Source: Antedon mediterranea | Lineage: Eukaryota > Animalia > Echinodermata | Direction of reading: 5' to 3' | Assembly: GCF_964355755.1 (NCBI RefSeq) | Contig: NC_092675.1 | Span: 2,599,812 to 2,663,811, forward strand | Length of the DNA stretch: 64,000 bases | Part shown: in pieces, positions 12,032 through 25,289 of the stretch | Layout: each line of letters begins with the position of its first letter | Numbering within the stretch: position 1 is the first letter of the stretch | The notes under the pieces: generated by a model | What the model was told of the DNA's origin: nothing | What the model saw: only the letters and a program-made list of their open reading frames with translations | Databases searched by the model: none | Position numbers and translations under genes: made by a program

Positions 12032-15000
12032 ATAGGCGAGTTTATTGGAGTAGTGCGCCATCCATTGTGTTGTCCATAATAGGTGATTTTTTTTGGCGTA
12101 CTCGTACGTACGTAGTTTATTTCGCGAGTAGAAGTAATACTAATTTGCTTTCTAGCCTAGGCCTAGGCTAGTCCTGTTAGTTAGGCTACCTCTATAGGCC
12201 TACTAGTACTACTAGCCTAAGTCTAGTCCATTTGTTATTGTCCACTAATAATAATGAAATGTGAAATTTATTCAGCAACAAATAACTTAATTTGAACTTC
12301 ATTTTAGGTTTGATAGTACGGACAGACATTACGCAACTTACCATACTATTGCAAGTTTAAATAAATCACCAAACCCACACGTTCTTTTACAAAAATAAAA
12401 AATACTCCATATACTCTAATAATAATATTAATAATAAAGTTTTATTTTTTTAAGATAATGAAAATGTAAACTGTTATTTTTAATGCATTGGTGTTTCAAT
12501 GTAATTGTTGTATTTTTTTTTATTTGGACTTTATTTTGTTTTGTTAATAATAAAAATCAACTTTATCAATTTAATATTGAAAAAGACATCACAGTTCAGC
12601 ACTTCATTTCGTCATTTTAGGTCCTCCCCTATTTCAAAATTCTGGATCCACATAGCTCAATGACAAACCATCCCAGTCTAAAGTGGATCAACAGCAGCAC
12701 ATCTCATCCATTTATTATATTGTTTAATTAAATGAATACATTTTAATGTTTAATAATAATTAGAAATACGACAATAAATCAAGTTTACATACACGCAGTG
12801 TACAATCAACACCTTTGTTCTGTATTCAGAGAACAGTTTATTCAAAATCTAAATCACATTTAAAAAATACTGAATTATATTAATTTTAAAAGTGTAAAAA
12901 CATGGTTAAACTACAATTTAAAAAATAGCAAGGATAAATAAAATACACCATAATTATTATGTTTATTACTATAATTATTGATCGATGATTATGATCAAAA
13001 ATAATATGTTGAAGTGATGTACTTTTTCATTTCAGCAGCATACTGTATATGAGCAGAATATCAAACATCTGTATGCCTATAATAAAAAAAAGGAAGCATT
13101 TAAATACTATAATAATGTTTAAGTATTGTATAATGCAAGTAACTTCAATCTTAGTAATGCTGAGACAAATTTCCATGTTGTATGGTGGGACACAGTTATG
13201 TTTAAATATTTTATTGCATTTAAAAAAAGATATGTAGGATTGTTTTACTAAATTTAAGTTTATACCAGTTGTCAGTCAATTATTACCATACTCACTATAT
13301 GAAAACTGATATTAAATGTTTTAAAGACAAATGCTTTATTGAATGAATGCTTTAATAATATAACATTCAATTAAATTTTGAAATATTTTCTGCATGAATT
13401 TGTTAGTGGATTTATCTATTCTTTGTACTGTGATTGTAATGTTTATAATGAATGGAAAAAAAATATCTACTTTTAATTTCTTAGCAATTCAAATGAATAG
13501 AACATTTCAAATCAGAATGTTAAAAATTTATTGTCAGTTTTTCTACTACGGTACTGATAAAATTCAGTTTGTCTCTCTGAAAATGTTTGACTAAATTGTA
13601 TCCTTCTTTTCCGAAGATTACTTTTGCAAACAAATACTTTTTCTAAATAGGCTTCTTCTTGGGATTTTACAGTATCTTGGTCATATTGAAAAATGTCCTA
13701 AAAGATGTAGGCCTAGTGGGTTATATGTAAAGTATTTTTCTTCAATTGTAGGTTGGGCCTATCTGTTACTTACCCTAGTTAATGTCCATGCTACTGTACT
13801 ATAACATTGATCAGAAGATACACTGTACACAATCTTTAATACATGCAAAAAATATGGGAAAAATTGAGATTTAAATAGATGACATAATTAATAACATACA
13901 GTAACAATAGCTCTGGCTCTACTATACTGCCAACCTACTAACTGTCCGAACTGTCTGGATAAGACTCATTCATTCAAAAAATAATTAAAAAAACTAAAAT
14001 TTTAATAGGTCAATCTAGCAATCTAGATGTCTGTGATTTAAAGACAAACTACCAATAGGTCTAGTAGACTAGGCTAGTAGTAGCTGATTTCGGTCTTCAA
14101 AGTATAGTAGTGTGCGGTGGTGGCAGTGGTATTAGTAAAAGACTGTATAGTGAATAGTCCGCCAGACCTGACCTGCAGTTAGGCAGTATAGTTACGAGTA
14201 GTCTGTAAAATATTCATATTAAAATAATAAAAAAACAGATAATGATATAGGCCTAGTTGTTTGTAGTAGGAAACCTATCTACCTAATATGAGCCCACGTC
14301 ATTTGTATTCCTACTGTAGCAGGGAGGTTCCTACTGTAGCAGGGAGGTACCCCCTGCTGTAAGCTCACATTTCATTAGTGGACAATAACAAATGGACTCC
14401 AGCTATAGCCTAGGCCTAAGCTAGTAGTAGTACTGTAGTAGTAGGCCTGAGGTAGCCTAACTAAAACAGGACTAGCCTAGAGGCTAGAGAGACTTAAATA
14501 ATTATACTAATTAGGCCTCCTACTAGCTATGCCTAGGAGGTAGCCTCGAAGTCTGAAGAGAAAGCAAATTAGTATTAAATAATAATACTATTACTTCTAC
14601 TCGCGAAATAAACTACGCCGTGGTTAGGATTCCGGCACCGGAACTCAACTGCCAACCGTTAGGGAATCCGACACGCTATTGCGCATGCCCAGAGCGCCGG
14701 TAATCGGTGACTCAACAGCGATGGATCATTTCATAGCTCCGCCACGCGGCGAACTAGCGTAGATGCCTACTAAATAACGGGATCCACTAATAGTAAATAC
14801 TAGGCTAGGCCTACCAGCTAGACGTGACCAGTGGGCCTATTTATTTTGTAATTAAAAAGTGGTTGCTTCATTCATATATGAACTTCATATAGGGCCTAAT
14901 TATGAATTATATAATTACATGAGTTGACTAGTTTTATGATTTTTCAAGTACAAAATAAAAGATTTCATATAACGCATTATAATATAACTGTACATAACAT

Positions 15001-15693
15001 GCAATCACAAGTTAATTTATTGACGGCAGCCACCGCGTGGATATGTGAAAAAACTGTTCGGGAAGTCGGGGTCGCAACGCTAAATACAGCATTACGATTC
15101 TTACGTTAGATAGATATACCGATTCTTATTAATATCATAATTATTTTAACGCGTGGCGCCTGGCGTATTCGTATTTTAATTATTAATTCATGTATGGCCT
15201 AGGCCAAGTTTAATCCATCACTCTCTCGCTCGCGCAACGACTAACTAGGCTACAGCATGGAGGTATCCATGGCTACAGTAAATCCTAACACTCCGACCCT
15301 CAGCAGTGGTAGTGTGGTGTGCAGTGTGGCACAAGCTATAATATTCACTTCCCAGAGCTCTGAGCATGCGCAATAGCGTGTCGGATTCCCTAACGGTGGG
15401 CAGTTGAGTTCCGGTGCCGGAATCCTAACCACGGCGAATAACCTACACGTACGTACGAGTACGCCAACAAAATCACCTATTATGGACAACACAATGGATC
15501 ATGGATGGCGCACTACTCCAATAAACTCGCCTATTGTGTGGACAAAAAGTCACCTATTTTGGACAGCCAATTATGAAAGTCACCTATTATGGACAAACAA
15601 CAGGGCCCTCTAGTCCCTATTATGGACAGAAAGTAACCTATTAAGTATTATGGACAGAAAAGTAACCTATTATGGACAGATTTCACCAACCCT
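12032..15693. mobile_element. Large foldback / MULE-like non-autonomous element
   Basis: 12032-12255 is the reverse complement of 14370-14615 plus 15446-15535. The right end carries repeated CCTATTATGGACA motifs to ~15690. The outer left end is not recognisable. Confidence 0.7.
14616..15436. mobile_element. MITE with ~75-bp TIRs inserted in the right arm of the foldback element
   Basis: CGCCGTGGTTAGGATTCCGGCACCGGAACTCAACTG... with its reverse complement ending at 15436. The 9-bp TSD AATAAACTA/AATAACCTA has one mismatch. Confidence 0.85.
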
Positions 15694-15713
15694 ATTGAAA
15701 TTTGTTGACTAAC

Positions 15714-16291
15714 TTTATCCTGAATACCACACTTTAAAATTAGGACTTATAAGTACTTTCAGAAGGAGAAACACATAATAACAAATAAATAAATCCTTTA
15801 AATTGATGATTTTACAGACGTGTTTCTTTGTATACTGTAATGTAACTCCTCGAGCTCCCCATACTCAATGTTTTTGTTTCTATGGAGCGCCAAAAGAGCA
15901 ACAATAATAGTACAAGTATAAAAACAGAAAGAAAACGAAACAAAAAAACTTATCATAATTTTTAAGTTAAAATTTATTTGCCAGTATTTATTTCTTCGTA
16001 CTTGCATGATTATACTATTATCATTACAATTTTAATTTTACATTGTTCCCTCCACACTGTAGATGGACTCCACAGAGTTTTCAGCCCTCTATATATTTTT
16101 TGCTCTTTCGACGTTCCATAGAAACAAAAACATTGAACATGGGGTAGGCCTACTTCTAGTGTGCTGTAGGCTAGTCATTTTGTGTGCGAGAAAAACGTCT
16201 GTAAAATCATCAATTTAAAAATGTATTTGTTACTTTTTATGTGATTCTTTTTCATGAAAGTGCCAATTCTAAGGTGTGGTATTCAGAATAA
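15714..16291. mobile_element. Degenerate MITE with long TIRs
   Basis: CTGAATACCACACTTTAAAATT...TAAATTGATGATTTTACAGACGT pairs with ACGTCTGTAAAATCATCAATTTA...AAGGTGTGGTATTCAG. Confidence 0.7.
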
Positions 16292-16640
16292 ATATTGGGA
16301 GTTAAAATACAAGGCAGGTGCGAAAGATAAATATTTGTAATCTTAGGTCTTAGCTTTCGTGATCTTAGGTCTTAGGGGGGGATAGGGAGTCTTAGCTTTC
16401 GTGGTCTTAGGTTTCGTGACACCCCAATGTAAATAGGTGGTATTGATGCAGTTGAGTAGGCCTACGTATCGGCTGGTGGTCTAGAAAAAAATAATCGAAT
16501 GCTATAGGCCTAATGTAAACTACAGTACATGGTACCATAGATATTATAGTGTAATCTTCTATGTATAAATTATGGTTAATTCTGACATAGGCGAGCACAA
16601 TGCAAAAACTTCGGTACAAATCCCCGCCTTGGATACCTAC

Positions 16641-16855
16641 CTTATCTATCTGAGATGTACCGCGAAACGTAGATTTGATAACATAAGTGTTCACATCGAC
16701 GCTATTGTTCCACTTTTGTCTTTTACAACGACAAAATTTAGCGTTACCTATCGAAATTTGTGGATATCACAGGGTTATTTTCACACACTCGCGCTGTTGT
16801 TCAACTGGCTTCCGGGTCTGTCACTTCCGGCAAAATGGCCGTTGGTGTCGCCATT
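16641..16855 (-). promoter_or_regulatory. Candidate promoter and non-coding first exon on the minus strand
   Basis: CpG-richer patch with two ETS-like CTTCCGG sites and a YY1-like AAAATGGCC (16809-16840), and a strong minus-strand donor AAG|GTAGGT at 16641/16640. Confidence 0.4.
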
Positions 16856-16919
16856 CAATATTAAATAAACAAATATTTTAGTGGTTCAACGACGTATCGC
16901 GAACTACTGAAATTAATTT

Positions 16920-17160
16920 GTTTTAGATATTCAGCTAATCAATTATATTGATTAAAGGCATTTACTTTACGTGAACTACAATTTGTTTTAGTAATTTAAC
17001 TTTTATTGAAGGCCTTTACTTTTATGTGAACTACAATGTGATTTTAGTGATTCAACTGAATCATGAACTACAATTTTTGTTTTAGATATTCAAATATCAA
17101 TTATAAAGGCCTTTACTTTACGTGGAAATACAATTTGTTTAGTAATTTAACTAATTATTT
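16920..17160. repeat. Degenerate tandem repeat
   Basis: Recurring AAGGCCTTTACTTT(T)ACGTGAACTACAATTTGTTTTAG blocks. Confidence 0.6.
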
Positions 17161-19098
17161 ATGCTATTTATTAATCATTTTATCAAATTTAGGTGCGATT
17201 CAATGTATAGGAGGCCATGCCTACCAGGGAAACACCTTTACTGTTTATCGATTATTTCTGTTGCTTGCTCTATTTATAATTATAAATGGTGTCTCCGAAA
17301 TATAAGTAGGCTACGAAAGTTGTTATTTGATCATTTTGTTCCAAAATCAACAAGATGCTGTTGTCATGATATATTGTGTATACCAATGTTAAAGCCCCGC
17401 TCACTGTCACCCACGTTGATTTGGTACGGTCACGTTATAGAGACTGTTTCAGTGATTGATGACCCCTTATTAACGGTTTCCTCCTGTGTTTAACGTTCAG
17501 ATAATATATAATATATAATAATATAATATGTATATTATACATATACTGTTCTTTACAATTATATTATTTGCATGTATACCAATTGTTGTAATACCTATTG
17601 TTGAAAGTTTTTACATCATTACAGGGAGAATTAATGTACATTTTGTTTACAAATAAATCTATTGACTAACTTTTCTCCTTTACGTTCCTAACCACCGATT
17701 GCTGTCAAGTGTCCATACATCATTACTGACAGGGGACGTAATCAATCATAATTGGTATACATTTCGCATCTTACCAAACTTATTTTCAGTGCAGGTTCAA
17801 ATCTCACACACACATTCGGCGGAAGACCGAATATAATAATTAGCCTATATTGTTCTCTATTCGTACATTTTTTTAAACTCTAATTTGCTACATTATCCTG
17901 GAAGCGATATTTTTGGCGTACCTAATTTATGGACCACCATGAAACATCACAAAATAAACATACATTACTCATCAGTCATATGCATAGGTGTCACCTGGGC
18001 TTCAATTTCCAGAGGCGTTGGTCATAGGATCATTCGGGTACACCTACTAGAGGGTGCGCGAGCGAAGCATATAATCCTCTATGATGTAGATACACTATAC
18101 TTCATAGCCACACATTGTAGGTATAACCGCAGCGTTCCATTTTTTGATGTACGTCGGAAGGCTATATACTTTATGCATGCTGACTGCCAGATCGAAACAA
18201 TAGGTACGCGGTTGTCTAGCGCCGGGTGTCCTCGCTCGCGTCAATATCATGTTACATCCTGGGACCAAAAATTCGTATTATTTTTTAGATGAAAATCGGC
18301 AACCAATTCATTCATAAAGTATGAGTTATTCACGAACGAGTTTACGAATTTTTCAATTTACAAATAACCTTTTGTATTGTGGGGCACGTATTTGGAGGAT
18401 TTTCAGAGATGATGGTGGTGTGGTATTGGGGATGTGTCGGGGATGGGGGTTCGCAGTCGGTTAAGGGGGGGGGGAGGGGTCGCTGTAAAAAAAAACCTGG
18501 CTACGGACCTGTTTACAGTCCGTCTTTCAAAGTGTGAATAGAAAAACAAACACGTGACTTCAAAAAAGTTTGTAAATAATAAAATAATACTGTTCAGTAA
18601 AATCATATGTAGGCCTAATACTTAGTAGGCTACAATAGCAGCTTGAGACTCTTGTAGGATTTTATGATAGAATATATACTTAAAATGAAGTCATGGAATT
18701 TTCTCAGCGTCGTATTCAAATGTCAACTTGAATTTTAGTCGAAAATATTCACTAGGGCCTATTATACGTACTAATATTCCTTTACTTTACCTTGATGTAG
18801 GTAAGTTTATTTATTATACGACTTCATAATCTAATAAATACGGTATAAAAACTAACTTTAAAAAAATATGTCTTTAATCCGCCGATTGTCAAATTCCACA
18901 GTCAAATATATTATATTCTTACTTACAATTATGTTTAGGGCAGCAACAGAGCCATTGAAAGGGTTACGACATTGCGTTGCCGCATTATGTCGGAACGACT
19001 CTCTCCTACTCATGGATTAATCTTTAATCCATGTCTACTCTACTTTTTGGGGCAGCTAGCTGGGCAGCAACTTTAAATAGCGCCATCTATTTTCAATC

Positions 19099-22000
19099 AT
19101 GGCGGACTGGGGTGAGTACATGTGTTGTGATTGTTGAAAAAACATATTGTTAATTATTTTTAAAAACCTTTATATTATTCCTAGAACAAAATAATTGTAA
19201 TAATATTATATTTTAACATCTGTTTACAGATGATGAAGATTTTGATGTCGATGCTGGGTTTGCTGGCGACACCGGCAATAATGACAAGTGGGAAGGAGAG
19301 GACGAGGAAGACGTGAAGGTACGGTCGGCGGGTACGAACTTGTTCCGCCGGCGCTGGCGTTGCTCTTGTATGCTTTTTGGGTTGTTCCTGTTCCGCATTA
19401 GGGCCTAGGACTAACTAACTAAACTAGCTATAAACAGTATTTGTATTACTTTCAGTAAAGACACATGTTTTTCATGTAATTTGCTCCATAACCTGTGTTG
19501 TTGGTTGAAACGTGTATGTATTGTTTGTAGGTTTAGTTGGCCTATCATTTTACTAGGCCTAGTAGATAGAAGGCCTACTATTAGTATTATAATTACTATA
19601 ATTTATCGCCTTGGCTAAAGATACGGTACCGTATTCTAACTTCTGTTTACTAAAGGTACGGTAAAATTGCATTACATCATAACCAGCCAATGGAGTGCTG
19701 GTACTTGTGTGACGTCATCGTATAAGGACTTTGGATTTTTTCATATCGCGAAAACAGTGATCAACCGCATTTTCTTTTTGCTTCATTTATCGCTATTATC
19801 GCCGTCGTGTGTGACAAAAACTAAATGTAGCCTACGTCTGTTATTATTATTATTATTGAAAAGCCAAAACATGTTGATTTTAATTCTAGAATACAAAAAA
19901 CCGTTTCAAAAGAGGCCTAGACCTACTTACTACGTACTATAACCTCATTATATGAGTTTGTTTGTGTAGGGAAAGCGATGCCAGGCTGGGGCCAGCTGCA
20001 TGTGTGCGCTGATTTCTGTGACTCAGACCTGGGGCTACTGTCTAAAAATCATAGTATTTGAGGGCCCCTTTATTGTCCGCATTTGCTTGTTGTTTATGGT
20101 CACCATTGTAAACAAAGTTTAATAAAAAATATAGGCCTAAAGGCCATTTGGAATAAAACCCTCATCAGCGCACACACACCCATGCAGCCTGGCGCCGCCG
20201 ACAGGAATTCTCTACATACAACAGACGCGATATGAAAAAAAATCAAAAGTCCTTATACGATGACGTCACACACGTACCAGCACCCCATTGGCTGGTTATG
20301 ACGTAATGCAATTTTACCGTACCTTTAGTAAACAGAAGTTAGAATACGGTACCGTATCTTTAGCCACAGCGATAATTTATAGATAGGCCTAGTAGGTAGT
20401 AGGCCTTTATATCTAAATAGATAGGCTATGCTTAAATGTTATATAAGTTATGAAAGAATGAATCATACTATATACTATTAGTAGCAAGGCCTAGCAGGCT
20501 ACTGCTGTATGTTTACAATGAGTCATTCACAGAGTGAGTCATGTTTAATTTTATACCAAATGCATTCTTTTAAATACTATTTGTAATAAATTTGTTTTAC
20601 AATTACAAGTACTCAATTATGCATAGATCCTAAGCCTAAACAATATATATTAAAAACAAAGGTGTAGTATTGTATGTTGGCCCAAGGTTATCGAACTGGC
20701 CAATGATTGCCTTATATAATGCACTTGTCAATTGTATGACCCACTATACAACCCCCATAGGTGCTTCATTTGTCCGATGTGCATCATACCTTATAAATAC
20801 CATGACGCACACCTGCGTCAGTATTTATTTGTAAATGACGCACCCATGACGCACCGCTCCCGGGGGTCGTATAGTGGGTCATGCAATTGACAAGTGCATT
20901 ATATTATAAAGGTTTATTAATCATCTGCCAGTATGTTGGATAATGTTGATTTACACCCCCCCCCCCCCCTTCCCACATATATATAAGGAAATATTAATAT
21001 TATTAATGTTATTACATAGGATAATTGGGAAGATGATGAAGAAGAAAAGAAACCACCACAGACTGAAGAAAAAGGTAATGAAATTTTACATTTTGAAATA
21101 AAACACTTTCACAACAATTATTTCAAATATTAAGATTAATAAAATCATTTAGAGGTTTCATGAAATGATATAACCCCCAACCTACCCCATATTGGAAGAA
21201 TGTTTGTATTGCAGCAGTATTAGTAACCCCAGTCATTTGTCTGAATTAGGATTTCTGAAATTAATTTTTTTTAAATAAAAAGGGAGGGTGGGGTGCTACT
21301 TTTTCGTAATGCTATAATAAGAATTTTACTGATTTTCAATTACTTACATTTCAATCATTAACAAGTTAACTATTTGTAACAGAAGTAGTATTTTTCTATA
21401 TAAAATTGATTTTTTTTTTGATTTATGCACCTTTTTACCTTGAGAAACATACCTCAATTTACATAAATATAGTCAATTTTGATGTCAATTTCCTATCTTC
21501 TTAACACGTGAATATGTCCCATATTAAACAGTAGAATTATTTGTTTTTTAATCCATCCCTTTTGCATAATGACATCCAATTACCTCTTACAGATGCAAAA
21601 GCATTTCAAGTTCAAAAAAAGAAATCACTAGCAGAAAGGATACGAGAGAAAGAAGAGCAAAAGAAAAAAGAAGCTTTAGAAAAACAAAAATTGAAAGAAG
21701 TAATATTTTTAAAACAGACCACTTAGTAAAGGATATATGACACCATCATTTTGATATTCAAAGAGATGGTGTAATGGATTTAAAAAATGTATTTTTACTC
21801 GGGGTACCCGAGTCTAGGACTTACTCATTTTCTCCTCCTCCTCCATCTGGACACTATTGAGTAAAAAATGCGATTTATAAAGTACTACTCCTCCCTTATT
21901 CGTTGTAGTATTGAGCGGGGATTTGGCATGAATATACTACAGGGACATGTCCTCAAAGCTATAGAGCCGGATTTTTTAATTTCAAACCGGATGCAGCCAT

Positions 22001-24805
22001 ATCACGTCTCGAAGATGGTACCGTATAGCCGTATTTGGTAGCAAGGTTATTGATGTGTATGTGACGTTACATCCGGTCTTATGACGTCATTACAGCTTCT
22101 TTTGCTGTACCGCGAGTATCGCACATTCGTGCTTGTTTATCTATATATTATTTTCGTAAATATATCTTGCCTTTATGTTCACCCCTTTTTAAGCTTCCTA
22201 ACTAAAAATGTATCCTCTTTTATACCAAATATTCAACTTATAATATTATTGTTGCCTACATAGCTCACGTCTTTGTTTATCTTATACAAAAACGTATTGC
22301 ATTACATTGTTCAATTTGAAATGTTTCTATAATGTTGGAAAAAGAAGAAGAAAATTATGATAGCAGTACCAGTTTGTAGGACATTCATTGGGAAGATATC
22401 ATTCATTGGGAAGATAAAATGTTAAGAAAACTGAACAATGAAATTATATATAAAATATTTAACTTATTTATAAAATAATTAAATTATTTAACAGAATGAA
22501 GAAAAAGAATTAACACCGGCTGAGATCCAAGCTGAAAAGGCACGCCAACAACAAATTGTAGAGGAGGCCGATCTTATGTTAGCAAAAGAAATGTTTGGTA
22601 TGGTTATATCGTACTTTCTTGCCACCATTCAATGTAAAACAAGTTCACTCTTCCCTGGTAAAGCTATGTCAGAGTTCAAGACCTTACCTTCAGCGTCTTA
22701 CCTTATGATGCTTAAATAGTTCCATTGCCTCATCCTTTGGATGGGATGTAAAGCCGTTGGCCCTGTGTACACAAAGGCAATATACATTGTTTGTCTCCCA
22801 TCAGTGAGTTAATGATGGAATCTTGTTGTATTGGGATACTGTGGGCCTGTAGCAGATTAAATTATAGTGAAACTGTAGCTTGGTGGGTAGCATACCTGCC
22901 TTCTACTCCAACTATTTCTAATTCACTCTCAAATGGAACTATTTGTACTCCCCTCCCTAAGTGAGACTTCGTTTAAAATCAGTATTGTTTTTCTCTATGT
23001 AGCTTTTTGTTTTTTATTAAAATGATTCATAAAGATTTAACTAATTTTCCCCAAAGAAAAATATCTAATAATAATAATATTATAACGACACTTATTATTT
23101 ATACCATAAATTTAAATTTATTTGTTCTTTCTTTTAACAGGAATGTCAACCACTTCATCACAACCAACAATAGACACAATGAAACCAGATTCTAAAGAAG
23201 AATTTGCAGAATTTGCAAAACTATTAAAAGAAAAAATATTACAATTTGAAAAATCTCCTCATTATCCAGAGCTACTAGAAGATATATTTCCAGGTGTCAG
23301 TGCTGGATGTAAGTTAAATGTTTTTAGATATAACACTTTCTTTTTGTCATTTTTATTGTGTGTTTAGTCTACTTGCCCTTAAGCACTTACTCATAGTAAG
23401 CCCAACTCTCCTTCCTGCCTAAACAAACCTAGCAAACAACCATTATTCAGGGATACTATTTTACAATTTATACCAAGTTACTCCTAAGTTTTTACAGACA
23501 CTTTTTCCCTCAGTTTGCATCCATGCCACCTGCTGCCAGCAACATTAATTAAACACAGACTACCTTGTCTATAGCGTTTTCCCAAAGCTTTTTCTACACT
23601 ATCAAACCACAGTATTTGACAAAAAAAATGTGATGAGCCCAAATATAGTAGGTATATGACCAAATATGGTAGTGATATGACATCGTATTCATATATGGGT
23701 ACATCACATTTCTTTGTCACATAAAGTTTGATAGTGTAGACAGAGCTTAACATTTTTTGGATGGGCTTGAACACTTTGTGTAGACCTTACTCTTGATGTC
23801 TTTTACCAAAAAATTAAAATTATTTAATCGATAGCTAAATAGAGAATTATTTCAGTTTATAGTGTGCAATTAATATATCAGGCAATTACAAAATTGATTA
23901 GATGGTGATGTACCTCCATTGCTGTATCAATGTTGTTACTAAATATAAACGATGACCACACTGTTTAAATAATCATTTTGATGTTCCTATTACAGTGGAA
24001 GCTGAGGTTTTAAAAAAATTAGGTTCAAGTTTAACAGCTATTGGAAATGAAAAAAGTAAACTACAAAAGGTAGGAAGGTTTTCTGGTTTTATTTTAATAA
24101 TAACGGCAACAAAATAACTATAATGTCATCAGATATGCTGTTAATATATTCAAAATGAATTTACACTTCTGTATTACATCTCACATTTTAATGAGTTGCA
24201 AAATTGTTTTAGATTTTGATTTTAAAAAATTGTTTTTTTATTGAGTAAAAAGAAAATAATTTATGTGAAGGCATGTGGCGCAGTGTGTTGTACTTCTGAT
24301 CGAGAGATCGTGAGTTCGAATCCAAAACTTGTTGCATTGCTTGTATCCTTAGGCAAGATACGTTACTTTAGTTTACAACTATCCACCCAGGTGTACAAAT
24401 GGGTACCTAGTAAGGTCAAAACACAACTGCACTGCGCTGCCTGCAACATTATTGGAGTATGTTTCCATACATGTTTGATCCAAAAATGACCGGAGATAAT
24501 AATGTAAAGTTTGTGCCTAAATGTGGTAGTGATATGACATCATCATGTCTATATATGAGCACATCACATTTTTGTCACATCAAGTTTGATAGTGTAGACA
24601 GGGCTTTAGAGGCTTTGAGCATAAAGTAGTATTTAAGAACGACATATTATTATTGTTATTTTTTATTTTACTTTGAAACTTTTTTTTTATTCTACAGGCA
24701 GCAAAAGGAAAAAAGAAAAAGAAAGCGGCGTTAGTGGGAGGAGGAAAGTCAGGACGACGAGATGAATTTGATGATTATGGAGATGAATTTGACGATTTTA
24801 TGTAA
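19099..24805 (+). CDS. EIF3J: Eukaryotic translation initiation factor 3 subunit J, 8 exons: 19099-19111, 19230-19318, 21020-21074, 21593-21699, 22495-22597, 23141-23308, 23996-24069, 24698-24805
   Basis: The spliced product MADWDDEDF...DKWEGEDEEDVKDNWEDDEEE...KKKSLAERIREKE...EEADLMLAKEMFG...SKEEFAEFAKLL...KKLGSSL...DEFDDFM has the eIF3j signatures. All introns are GT-AG with compatible phases. Confidence 0.96.
19596..20382. mobile_element. MITE with ~150-bp near-perfect TIRs in EIF3J intron 2
   Basis: TTATCGCCTTGGCTAAAGATACGGTACCGTATTCTAAC...CATATCGCG is mirrored at 20227-20382. Confidence 0.88.
20714..20904. mobile_element. ~190-bp MITE
   Basis: TAATGCACTTGTCAATTGTATGACCCACTATAC / GTATAGTGGGTCATGCAATTGACAAGTGCATTA, flanked by TA. 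Confidence 0.85.
21792..22138 (+). mobile_element. Helentron-type (HINE/DINE-1-like) non-autonomous rolling-circle element
   Basis: 5' subTIR TACTCGGGGTAC inside a local palindrome, 3' subTIR GTACCGCGAGTA, then stem-loop GCAC-ATTC-GTGC and TTGTTT. Both ends lie in T runs and no TSD is seen. Confidence 0.7.
23586..23747. mobile_element. PIF/Harbinger (Tourist-like) MITE family; other copies near 24520-24605, 25051-25177, 33929-34065, 35078-35232, 46088-46242, 46614-46715, 47956-48141, 51010-51166, 56544-56680
   Basis: TIR AGCTCTGTCTACACTATCAAAC, internal ATATGGTAGTGATATGACATCATCATGTCC, and TAA/TTA flanks that match in several copies (e.g. 47956, 46614, 56544). Confidence 0.88.
24268..24660 (+). 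mobile_element. tRNA-derived SINE with CORE-like domain, interrupted by a MITE fragment
   Basis: A-box TGGCGCAGTG, B-box GAGTTCGAATCC, then GTATCCTTAGGCAAG...CACCCAGGTGTACAAATGGG and an AT-rich tail. Confidence 0.65.
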
Positions 24806-25289
24806 TTAATCGTAAAACTATTTTATTTAACTAATAATAAACTGTTATAATATAACCAGTTTACAAAACAAAATAAATAAAAAAAAAAATTAAAGTCAAT
24901 AAATAGTCATTCTACTAGTTTTTTTGGTTTTAAAAAGCATGTTATTTCTTCCATTAAGAGCCACCTTTTTTCTAAGTTCCAGTGGAGTAATATATTATGT
25001 TTAAGTTTCGTTAAACTCTGTATAGATCACATTGCAATGTATTAAACTAAAGCTCTGTTTATACTATCAAAGTTAATGTGATGTGCCCATATATGGACAT
25101 GATGATGTCATATCACTACCATATTTGGGCACATCACACTCTTTTTATCAAAACAGTTTGATAGTGTAGACAGAGCTTTATATTCAGTAAATTTATTATC
25201 ATGAATGTTCAAATTATCCACTCAGTGAAATATGTAATATAATATAAATGGAATTTGCTTGGCTCATTCCAAACAGTGTATTCAGATTA

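Noticed and set aside
17885-18292. 135-aa ORF upstream of EIF3J
   Set aside because: Non-ATG start and no recognisable motif; probably repeat-derived or chance.
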